A stretch of 39,236 nt of DNA from a virus. Taxonomy: Duplodnaviria; Caudoviricetes. The notes under the pieces were generated by a model. It did not search any database. It was not told the DNA's origin and saw only the letters and a list, made by a program, of their open reading frames with translations. Each line of letters starts with the position of its first letter. Positions within the stretch are counted from its first letter, which is position 1. The DNA lies in the IMG/VR virus record IMGVR_UViG_3300014167_000006, positions 1 to 39,236 of that record. One strand, 5' to 3'. A program made the position numbers and the translations under genes. Below are positions 1 to 6,519 of the stretch, in pieces.

Positions 1-15
1 CAGCTCAGAAATCTT

Positions 16-86
16 GCTAGATGTTGACTTCGGGGAAGTCAGCTCATTCGTAATGAGCCAAGGCGGTTCAACTCCGACATCTAGCT
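16..86 (+). tRNA. tRNA-Thr(CGT)
   Basis: Acceptor GCTAGAT/ATCTAGC; anticodon arm GCTCA-TTCGTAA-TGAGC; T loop TTCAACT. Confidence 0.8.
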
Positions 87-87
87 C

Positions 88-166
88 TGCGGGGAGGGTA
101 GTCCTAGTTTCCCGGCTGTGGCTCATAACCACATGCTGATGTCGGGTGCAACACCGACCTCCGCTA
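88..166 (+). tRNA. tRNA-Met(CAT), initiator-like (1:72 mismatch)
   Basis: TGCGGGG/CTCCGCT; anticodon arm TGTGG-CTCATAA-CCACA; atypical T loop. Confidence 0.7.
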
Positions 167-183
167 AAATTTCAAGGAGAACT

Positions 184-662
184 ATGCATCGTGAAGAAGA
201 GGCTTTTGATCTAGGGTACAGAGTCCTAGCTGATGGCAGCGTTCGTAGTCCTAGTGGCAACATACTGAGCGTCAGCAACACAGACAAGAATGGCTACCCT
301 CAGTTTCGATTCAGGAAGGGTGGTCCTTTAGTACAGGTTCATAGGATGGCGGCTTTTCAGAGGTTTGGTAGTGATCTGTACAGCCCAGGCATAGAGGTTA
401 GGCACATCAAGAACGATCCAGGAAACTCTAGGCCAGATAATGTGTGCTTGGGTACACACAGTCAGAACTCTATGGACATAGCACCTGAAACAAGAAAGAG
501 AGTAGCTAGGGTAGCTGCTGCAGTTCAAAGAAAGCTTACGGATGAGCAAGCTGCACAGTTGAGGAGAGACAGGATGGAGCTACTTACCCAGAGCTGATGA
601 TCAAGTATGGTATAGCCAAGAGTACGGTGCACTTCATAGTGAGGGGTAAGACGTACAAGTAG
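184..662 (+). pseudogene. HNH endonuclease with C-terminal HTH, frameshifted near 573
   Basis: ATG 184 after AGGAG; VHR..EVRH..N..N motif; C-terminus GATYPELMIKYGIAKSTVHFIVRGKTYK* continues in the -1 frame and matches paralogue 5189-5671. Confidence 0.75.
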
Positions 663-667
663 ATACC

Positions 668-737
668 GCCTACGGCGTCTGGCACGCAACTAGGTTTCAT
701 AAGCCTGGATCAGTGGGGTCGGCACCCACCGTAGGTA
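668..737 (+). tRNA. tRNA with CAT anticodon (Met or Ile2), non-canonical
   Basis: GCCTACG/CGTAGGT; loop TTCATAA; T arm GTGGG-GTCGGCA-CCCAC. Confidence 0.65.
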
Positions 738-742
738 CTATT

Positions 743-815
743 GCTGGTGTAGCTCACGTGGTAGAGCAGCGGTTTTGTAAACCGCAGGCAGAAGGTTCGA
801 TCCCTTTCACCAGCT
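743..815 (+). tRNA. tRNA-Thr(TGT)
   Basis: Canonical cloverleaf; GCGGT-TTTGTAA-ACCGC; GGTTCGATCC. Confidence 0.95.
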
Positions 816-836
816 CAATTAGAATAGTTAGACCAT

Positions 837-909
837 TCCTGGGTATCATAATTGGTCGTGAGCCTGACTGTTAATCAGGACTATGGGGGTTCGAATCCCT
901 CTCCAGGAG
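837..909 (+). tRNA. tRNA-Asn(GTT)
   Basis: CCTGA-CTGTTAA-TCAGG; GGTTCGAATCC. Confidence 0.9.
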
Positions 910-912
910 CAA

Positions 913-982
913 ACAACTTCCGTTCTAATCCGAAAGGTAGCAGGAACAACACTGATGCATCGGTGCCTGAAAAGGAAGTTGT
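913..982 (+). ncRNA. Putative small structured RNA between tRNAs
   Basis: Closing stem ACAACTTCC/GGAAGTTGT enclosing two hairpins. Confidence 0.45.
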
Positions 983-986
983 CTAT

Positions 987-1056
987 GCCCCCAGTGATTG
1001 GAGCACAGTCAGGCCTTCTAAGCCAGACGTTCCGGGTTCGAATCCTGGTGGGGGCG
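987..1056 (+). tRNA. tRNA-Arg(TCT)
   Basis: GCCCCCA/TGGGGGC; loop CTTCTAA; GGTTCGAATCC. Confidence 0.85.
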
Positions 1057-1069
1057 CAAGGAGAACTAT

Positions 1070-1354
1070 ATGAGTGCAGAAAAGGATGAGTTCGATGTGG
1101 CTCTAAAAGAGGCACTGTCTCAGAATGTAGGTTTTTTGCCAGAGGGTCCATGTGTGGAGCTGGCCCAAAGGATGTTCACAGCGAAGGTGATAGATGCTTA
1201 CATAAAGGGAGACTTTATGTACGTGACGCTAGAAATGCCACCTATTAAATACATCACAATTACCTTCACTATTGAAGAACCACCAACAGGCACGGAACAA
1301 TGCGAGACGAAACAGAACACGACAGACTCACACAAGAACTACTCACAGGAATAG
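1070..1354 (+). CDS. hypothetical protein
   Basis: ORF with AGGAG RBS. Confidence 0.6.
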   Translation: MSAEKDEFDVALKEALSQNVGFLPEGPCVELAQRMFTAKVIDAYIKGDFMYVTLEMPPIKYITITFTIEEPPTGTEQCETKQNTTDSHKNYSQE

Positions 1355-1860
1355 AAAAGCTGTGGCCGGAAGAGTACAAAAGGGTCTATAGCAAAGTAAT
1401 GGGCAATGGAGACATTGATCCAACCTTTGTCGGATTTATAGATATCTACGAGGCTCTGTCTCGTATTATTCCAAAGCACTTCACAGTTTTTGATGTAGGG
1501 TGTGCTTATATGTTTCAAGCATACTACTTCAGAGATCACGTGAAGTATGTGGGCATTGATGTTCCACCAGCTACTGATGAAGAGAGAACAGAGTTCCCGT
1601 GTGCAGAGTGTTTTGACTTAGATGCACGGTTAAAGACTCCGAACTCTGTCTACTGCCCAAGTAGGATTTCGTGTCCAGAGCAGCTGATGGCTATTAAGAC
1701 CAAGGAAGCAGATACAGTTAATAGTCCCAGCTTCGCTATTTGTTCCTATGTCCCTGGTAGCATTGGGAACATGGTCAGAAAGGTGTTTCCTAATTGCTTT
1801 GTGTACTACCCAGAGTCATCAAAAGAAGACCTGGCTCTATTCAGGAGGTTTGGAAAATGA
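1300..1860 (+). CDS. putative SAM-dependent methyltransferase-like protein
   Basis: TVFDVGCAY motif I-like segment followed by YVGID. Confidence 0.5.
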   Translation: MRDETEHDRLTQELLTGIEKLWPEEYKRVYSKVMGNGDIDPTFVGFIDIYEALSRIIPKHFTVFDVGCAYMFQAYYFRDHVKYVGIDVPPATDEERTEFPCAECFDLDARLKTPNSVYCPSRISCPEQLMAIKTKEADTVNSPSFAICSYVPGSIGNMVRKVFPNCFVYYPESSKEDLALFRRFGK

Positions 1861-2081
1861 TTATGAAATGCGAGCATTGTGGTAATGCTGACTTATCAAA
1901 GATGTACGAATTAGAGCGTGGGGCTACGTTGGAATACGAAGTGTTAGATAGTCCCGGTAACGAGATTAGGCTCCACTTCAAACATGCTTATGCGTCTGCT
2001 ACGTCTATATTTTATTTGCGCTGTGTTGTCTGTGGCTGTGATAGCACACCAGACAGGGGACATGTGAATGCTAACTGCTAA
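1857..2081 (+). CDS. small Zn-ribbon protein
   Basis: ATGA-coupled start; CEHC...CVVC. Confidence 0.55.
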   Translation: MIMKCEHCGNADLSKMYELERGATLEYEVLDSPGNEIRLHFKHAYASATSIFYLRCVVCGCDSTPDRGHVNANC

Positions 2082-2409
2082 GCGAGAGTACGTAGTTCCT
2101 ACTTTCTATGGCATGCCAGTGCCTAGAATGGAGCTCGAGCACGGCACATGGCTAGACCGAGAGGAGCTGGCCTACAACACGCGCACAGGGTCTGCTTGTG
2201 GTTCAGGTAGGCGAGCAAAGGCCAGATGCTTCGATGGTACGCTGAGAATCTTTCAAGTAGGCATCCCAGACACCTTCTTCTCTATTCCTGCCGTCGGCAA
2301 GATCAGTGGGAAGTCCGTCAGGGGATGGATTGAAGTAGTAGAGAATGAGGTACTGTTTCACAGGCAATCCAAGTACAAGGAGGGAGCAGAGGATGTCAAT
2401 AGGCGGTAG
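2068..2409 (+). CDS. hypothetical protein
   Basis: 113-aa ORF coupled to the upstream gene. Confidence 0.6.
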   Translation: MLTAKREYVVPTFYGMPVPRMELEHGTWLDREELAYNTRTGSACGSGRRAKARCFDGTLRIFQVGIPDTFFSIPAVGKISGKSVRGWIEVVENEVLFHRQSKYKEGAEDVNRR

Positions 2410-2448
2410 AATCCTTGAGGATCTGTTTGCACAGAAGCTGGTTAGCAG

Positions 2449-2673
2449 ATGCTGCAGCTAGAAGAGAGTTTGGTGGTTGAGGACAAGAAGTGCTTTGCTT
2501 GTGGTGGACCCTATCACCCAGCTTCTGGGCACCTCTTCAGAGAATTTGACGTAGCTTATTGTGGAGCGTGCTACAGACCATTTCTCACGTGGATGAAGGG
2601 TCACTTGAACCGCAGATGGAGTAAGGGCAAGTTCTACGAAGAAGCAGCAACTAGCATAAGACCGCCCCTATAG
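2449..2673 (+). CDS. small Zn-finger-like protein (start uncertain)
   Basis: CFAC...CGAC. Confidence 0.5.
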   Translation: MLQLEESLVVEDKKCFACGGPYHPASGHLFREFDVAYCGACYRPFLTWMKGHLNRRWSKGKFYEEAATSIRPPL

Positions 2674-2737
2674 CTCAAGTGAATAGAGCACAATTTTCCG
2701 ACGATTGAGGTTCCCAGTTTAAGTCCGGGTAGGGGCA
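2664..2737 (+). tRNA. tRNA-Arg(CCG)
   Basis: GCCCCTA/TAGGGGC; D arm GCTC..GAGC; CAATT-TTCCGAC-GATTG. Confidence 0.85.
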
Positions 2738-2740
2738 CTA

Positions 2741-2890
2741 TGGGGTGGAACTCCCTAGAGCCGTCCTTGACAGTGACCGGTCGCGTGGGTCTATTGGTAC
2801 CGCCATGATTCGCTCAGTTAACCAGACTGTCTAGGTTAACTGGGGTACTTCTGATCAAAAGACCAATCGAGTAGCTCCCGTAAGGAGCTT
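2741..2890 (+). ncRNA. Putative structured ncRNA with loop-loop pairing
   Basis: Stems 2788-98/2854-64, 2813-23/2834-44, 2873-89; GACAGT/ACTGTC complementarity. Confidence 0.5.
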
Positions 2891-2893
2891 AAT

Positions 2894-2968
2894 GTCCTCG
2901 TCGTCTAGTGATTCGGATTTCACCCTCTCAAGGTGAAGACGGGAGTTTGATTCTCCCCGAGGACACCA
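2894..2968 (+). tRNA. tRNA-Glu(CTC)
   Basis: GTCCTCG/CGAGGAC-A-CCA; TCACC-CTCTCAA-GGTGA. Confidence 0.9.
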
Positions 2969-2969
2969 C

Positions 2970-3040
2970 GGCGCTGTCGGCTAACGGTAGGCCCCAGGAT
3001 TTTCAATCCTGTTATGCCAGTTCGACTCTGGTCAGCGCTA
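2970..3040 (+). tRNA. tRNA-Glu(TTC)
   Basis: GGCGCTG/CAGCGCT; CAGGA-TTTTCAA-TCCTG; GTTCGACTC. Confidence 0.85.
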
Positions 3041-3043
3041 CAA

Positions 3044-3162
3044 TGCTAAGGTTAATGGGCTGTCAAGTATGACCAAGGAGACTTGGTAGAGCATGCCCTA
3101 GTGTAAAAGGAAAGACGCTTGACGATCTTTACACGTGTGACCTGAGTTGGTGGACCTTGGCA
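3044..3162 (+). ncRNA. Putative structured ncRNA (multi-stem, possible pseudoknot)
   Basis: TGCTAAGGTT/GACCTTGGCA closing stem; GAGA-tetraloop hairpin; GTGTAAA/TTTACAC; GTCAAGT/GCTTGAC. Confidence 0.55.
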
Positions 3163-3166
3163 GTTT

Positions 3167-3242
3167 GTCCGTGTAGTCTAATTGGATCAGGCACCCGTCT
3201 ACGAAGCGGGATTTAATGGGAGTTCGAGTCTCTCCACGGGCA
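3167..3242 (+). tRNA. tRNA-Arg(ACG)
   Basis: CCCGT-CTACGAA-GCGGG; GTTCGAGTC. Confidence 0.9.
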
Positions 3243-3263
3243 CAGACGTAGAGAAAGGATCAA

Positions 3264-3587
3264 ATGAAGCCAGAATCATATAGACCCTATCCACGACGTT
3301 GTCAGAATTGTATGTTTGTAGCAATGACAATGGAGACTTCTTGGCTGTCTAGAGGGGCTGGTAATAGTAGTTTTCACTGCATTAAGATTGCTACTAACCC
3401 GGTATATCCATTGAGTGGAACTTCAATAGAGAAAAAAGAGTACAAAGTTGTTTTCAAAAAGTGGGCCGAAGAAACAAAGGTTGATGCAGATGGGTACTGT
3501 AACGAGCACAAGGATAAGAAGGTAAAGACCTTTGCCCTAAGTGTTTTAGAAAGGCAACAGAGGAAAAGGAGAAGTAAGAGTACATGA
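3264..3587 (+). CDS. hypothetical protein
   Basis: ORF with AAGGA RBS; CQNC and C..H residues. Confidence 0.55.
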   Translation: MKPESYRPYPRRCQNCMFVAMTMETSWLSRGAGNSSFHCIKIATNPVYPLSGTSIEKKEYKVVFKKWAEETKVDADGYCNEHKDKKVKTFALSVLERQQRKRRSKST

Positions 3588-3799
3588 AAGAGTTCACATG
3601 CGTGTTTTTTGGCCGAAAGAAGAACGCTCTTGGTGTCAAGTATGTGTGCGAAGTAGCGGTCAAAGCAGAGAATGAAGCTAAGGCTAAGTTAGCTTGCTAT
3701 GACACGCATGAGCACATCTGGGGTGGTGTGGATGGTATTAGAACCAAAGAGGTAGATGGTGAGGCACCCGTCCTTCAGATCCCAGGAGAGTTCTTGTAA
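3584..3799 (+). CDS. hypothetical protein
   Basis: ATGA-coupled ORF. Confidence 0.55.
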   Translation: MKEFTCVFFGRKKNALGVKYVCEVAVKAENEAKAKLACYDTHEHIWGGVDGIRTKEVDGEAPVLQIPGEFL

Positions 3800-3877
3800 A
3801 AAAAAAAGCGTAAAGGCGGGTATAGGACTTTTGTTATCCGCTCTATAGCTAGAGATCAATTTTGAGGAGGTAGCCGA

Positions 3878-4615
3878 ATGAAACTGAACCAAGTAGTGGC
3901 AATAGAGAAGCCGACCAAACAAAGAGTAGAACGAGCCATCAGTGATATCAATAAGGCTCTGCAGAAGCCAGACCTATTCGAGGGTCATTACAAGAAGTAT
4001 ATCCCACTAGAAGTCGGTAAGGAGACCTTCCCTTCAGACGACAAGCACGTCCAACAGGTCGCTACGGATTCTCTCAAAGAGGCCCAGGTACTTTTGACTG
4101 AGCTCTTTGATATCTCTGCTCAGCGTGACTTCGCCAACTGCGAGGCCAAGGCTGATGTGTATGTCGATGGGGTACTATTGCTGTCTAAGGCTCCTGTGAC
4201 CTTCTTGATGTTCCTCGAGAAGCAGCTCAATGATGTCAAAACCATGATTACGAGTCTGCCGACACTGGACCCATCTGAAAGCTGGAGTTTTGATGAGGGT
4301 AGCAGACTCCACAAGACTGCACCGCGGACCACCAACAAGACGGCTAAGATACAAGAGCCCATTGTGCTGTATCCGCACTCAGATAAGCATCCAGCTCAGA
4401 CTCAACTGATCACCACTGACAAGACTGTTGGAAACTGGGAGGCTATCAGACTTTCTGGTGCTACCAGTACAAAGGTGAAGAAGACTTTGCTCGAGCGGAT
4501 CGAGAAGATCATACGAGCAACGAAGTTCGCACGAGAAGAGGCCAACATGACCCAGGCTCCTCCTATCAAGGTAGGAGACAAGATTTTTGAGTGGCTTTAC
4601 AAAGATACGATCTAG
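3878..4615 (+). CDS. helical protein of unknown function, upstream of a tRNA-like ncRNA
   Basis: Strong RBS GAGGAGG; 245 aa with motifs KLNQVVAIEK, FLEKQL, KHPAQ, KFAREEAN; recalled (unverified) as a widespread uncharacterised bacterial/phage family. Confidence 0.85.
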   Translation: MKLNQVVAIEKPTKQRVERAISDINKALQKPDLFEGHYKKYIPLEVGKETFPSDDKHVQQVATDSLKEAQVLLTELFDISAQRDFANCEAKADVYVDGVLLLSKAPVTFLMFLEKQLNDVKTMITSLPTLDPSESWSFDEGSRLHKTAPRTTNKTAKIQEPIVLYPHSDKHPAQTQLITTDKTVGNWEAIRLSGATSTKVKKTLLERIEKIIRATKFAREEANMTQAPPIKVGDKIFEWLYKDTI

Positions 4616-4633
4616 CGTAAGCTAGTCAATAAG

Positions 4634-5028
4634 TGTGCAAGCTCAATCTCAAGCTAAACCCTAGTACCGTGCAGGTTCGATTCCTGCCCTCTCGACTATA
4701 CCGAGAGGTGGCGGAATGGTAGACGCGCTCGAAAGAGTGGTACGATCAGTCTGAGTATCAAGCTGTTGCACAGAAGCTGAAAAAGTAAGTGAGCATTGTC
4801 GAATCGATTGCTGGCACAAAGGTCCCGATCACCTTGGTTCAAATCCAAGCGAGCCCTCTAATATGGGTTCGTCGTCTAGCGGTAGGACGTCGGTATCAAT
4901 CTAATCTGCTGGCTTAAACGCCGTCGATAATCAGTAACTGAACACATACTGAACAGACACTAGTGTTGGGACTATTTCCCGAATTACTATGTCAACCGCT
5001 GGGGCCTCTTAGGGTAGGAGGCCTCGGC
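4634..5028 (+). ncRNA. ~400-nt ncRNA with two circularly permuted tRNA-like domains
   Basis: T arm, loop-closed acceptor stem, D arm order at 4671-4726 and 4833-4888; long-range stems 4634-40/4766-72 and 4795-4802/4924-31; 3' hairpins. Confidence 0.8.
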
Positions 5029-5033
5029 ATTAT

Positions 5034-5108
5034 ACATGTGTAGCTCAGTGGAAGAGCGCTTGCCTGACGTGCAGGAGGTCGTGGGTTCAATTCCCACCAT
5101 ATGTACCA
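5034..5108 (+). tRNA. tRNA-Val(GAC)
   Basis: ACATGTG/CATATGT-A-CCA; CTTGC-CTGACGT-GCAGG. Confidence 0.9.
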
Positions 5109-5116
5109 AACACTAT

Positions 5117-5187
5117 TGGGGATTGGTATAGAGGCTGTGCCGTAGCCCTACAAGCTACAGAGAGGGGTTCGACTCCCTTATCCCCAA
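5117..5187 (+). tRNA. tRNA-Val(TAC)
   Basis: TGGGGAT/ATCCCCA; GTAGC-CCTACAA-GCTAC (C at position 33). Confidence 0.8.
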
Positions 5188-5188
5188 C

Positions 5189-5671
5189 ATGAAACACAGA
5201 GAAGAGATTGCATACGAGAAAGGCTATCGCGTTCTGGATAGTGGTAATTTGCTCAGTCCTAGAGGATGAGTCATGGCACTGCACAAAGACAGCAGCGGGT
5301 ATCCATGGTTTCGCTATGAGAAAGATGGTGAATCTGTTGCTGTGCATAGGTTAGTAGCCTACCAAAAGTTTGGTAAAGACATCTATACGCCTGGTTTAGA
5401 GGTCAGGCACAAAGACAATGATCCAGGTAACACTAAGCCATCTAACATTCTGCTGGGTACCAAGTCACAGAATGAGATGGATAAAAATCCAGCAGTACGA
5501 CTTGCAGCAGCTAGAACAGCGGCTAGTTTCCTTCGTAAGTTAACTCAGCAGCAAGTAGATCAACTCAGGTCTGACCGAGCTTCCGGTGCAACCTACATGG
5601 AACTGATGAGCAAGTACGGTATTGCTAAAGGTACCGTTAGTGGGATAGTAACGGGCAAGTTCTACAAGTGA
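5189..5671 (+). pseudogene. HNH endonuclease with C-terminal HTH, in-frame TGA at 5267-5269
   Basis: MKHREEIAYEKGYRVLDSGNLLSPRG*VMALHKD aligns with the N-terminus of paralogue 184-662; open ORF from 5273. Confidence 0.7.
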
Positions 5672-5729
5672 TTAGACGATCTTTATTTTCGCCGAAAACA
5701 ACTACAAACACATCAAATGAAAGGCTGAT

Positions 5730-6236
5730 ATGTCAAGAGACCTGGGAAAGATGACACCGGAGCACAGAAGCTTGGCCTCTAGAAAAGGGGGTTGTGACTG
5801 TATTACGTGTGGCAGACACGATCAGATATACGCCTATCGTATCACAGGCCCTATGATGACCACGCTAGTTATCATGGCAGCGAACACTCCTGCGGGTGGA
5901 GGTTGGATAAACATACCAGATCTGTACATGAGACTTGGGTTGACTGGGTCGTCAAACTCCAGAAACCATCACAAGCTGGCCTATTGGGGTCTTGTTGAGA
6001 AACGTAAGACGGTGAGTACGGATAGGAATCCAAACAGTGCCAAGTGGCGTGTGACTCTATTGGGGTTGGACTTCCTACACAATGAGGTCTCCTTACCTAC
6101 TCGCATTCTTGTTCATGGCGGCGTGGCTCTTGGCCCAGTCGATGGAGACATCCCTATTTACGCACGACAGGTACTCTACAAAGGCTTCAATTTCGATGAG
6201 ACTGTGAGAGAGTACTGGCCAAATATGAACAGATAG
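5730..6236 (+). CDS. hypothetical protein, possible winged-helix DNA-binding
   Basis: CITC plus KLAYWGLVEK..WRVTLLGLDF segment. Confidence 0.55.
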   Translation: MSRDLGKMTPEHRSLASRKGGCDCITCGRHDQIYAYRITGPMMTTLVIMAANTPAGGGWINIPDLYMRLGLTGSSNSRNHHKLAYWGLVEKRKTVSTDRNPNSAKWRVTLLGLDFLHNEVSLPTRILVHGGVALGPVDGDIPIYARQVLYKGFNFDETVREYWPNMNR

Positions 6237-6262
6237 ATCGTGGCTGGGTTTACCAGCTGCAT

Positions 6263-6337
6263 GGACCTGTAGGGGAGCCTGGAGTCCCCGCTACACTGTC
6301 ACTGTAGAGATCGTCGGTTCAAATCCGATCAGGTTCG
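6263..6337 (+). tRNA. tRNA-Asp(GTC)
   Basis: CTACA-CTGTCAC-TGTAG; GGTTCAAATCC. Confidence 0.9.
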
Positions 6338-6341
6338 CAAT

Positions 6342-6428
6342 CCCGGTCTAGCTTAATGATAAAAGCCCATGCTTTATAAGCGTGAGACCCTGACAAGGCT
6401 TGTACAGGTTTAACTCCTGTGACCGGGA
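6342..6428 (+). tRNA. tRNA with TAT anticodon (Ile) and long variable region
   Basis: CCCGGTC/GACCGGG; CATGC-TTTATAA-GCGTG; 19-nt variable region. Confidence 0.75.
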
Positions 6429-6432
6429 CTAT

Positions 6433-6515
6433 GGGAGAGTAGCAGAACTGGAACATGCTCTGGACTTAGAATCCGGCGTCGAAAGACATTGTGGGTTCGA
6501 ATCCCATCTCTCCTA
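6433..6515 (+). tRNA. tRNA-Leu(TAG)
   Basis: CTGGA-CTTAGAA-TCCGG; variable arm GTC-GAAA-GAC. Confidence 0.9.
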
Positions 6516-6519
6516 CAAT

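Noticed and set aside
118-183. N-terminal extension of the HNH ORF, and ORFs 846-1151, 852-1073, 883-1089, 6410-6601 and the 6562 start
   Set aside because: They overlap tRNA genes; better starts with RBS exist at 184 and 6643
913-982. Hammerhead ribozyme (CTGATG, CGAAA, CTGAAAA)
   Set aside because: Core elements are not in a valid order relative to the stems, and CUGANGA is not intact
2970-3040. Opal suppressor or Sec tRNA (TCA within the loop)
   Set aside because: The 7-nt loop TTTTCAA centres on TTC (Glu)
4638-4780. CRISPR array
   Set aside because: Repeats are 6-mers with no spacers, and no cas genes are present
4671-4890. Ordinary or intron-split tRNA genes
   Set aside because: Arms are in T-acceptor-D order with loop-closed acceptor stems; the D half at 4702 and T half at 4833 have non-complementary acceptor strands
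5117-5187. Amber suppressor (CTA within the loop)
   Set aside because: The loop CCTACAA centres on TAC (Val)
5267-5269. Genome-wide stop-codon reassignment
   Set aside because: TGA, TAG and TAA all end well-defined genes (many ATGA couplings); only one internal TGA was seen
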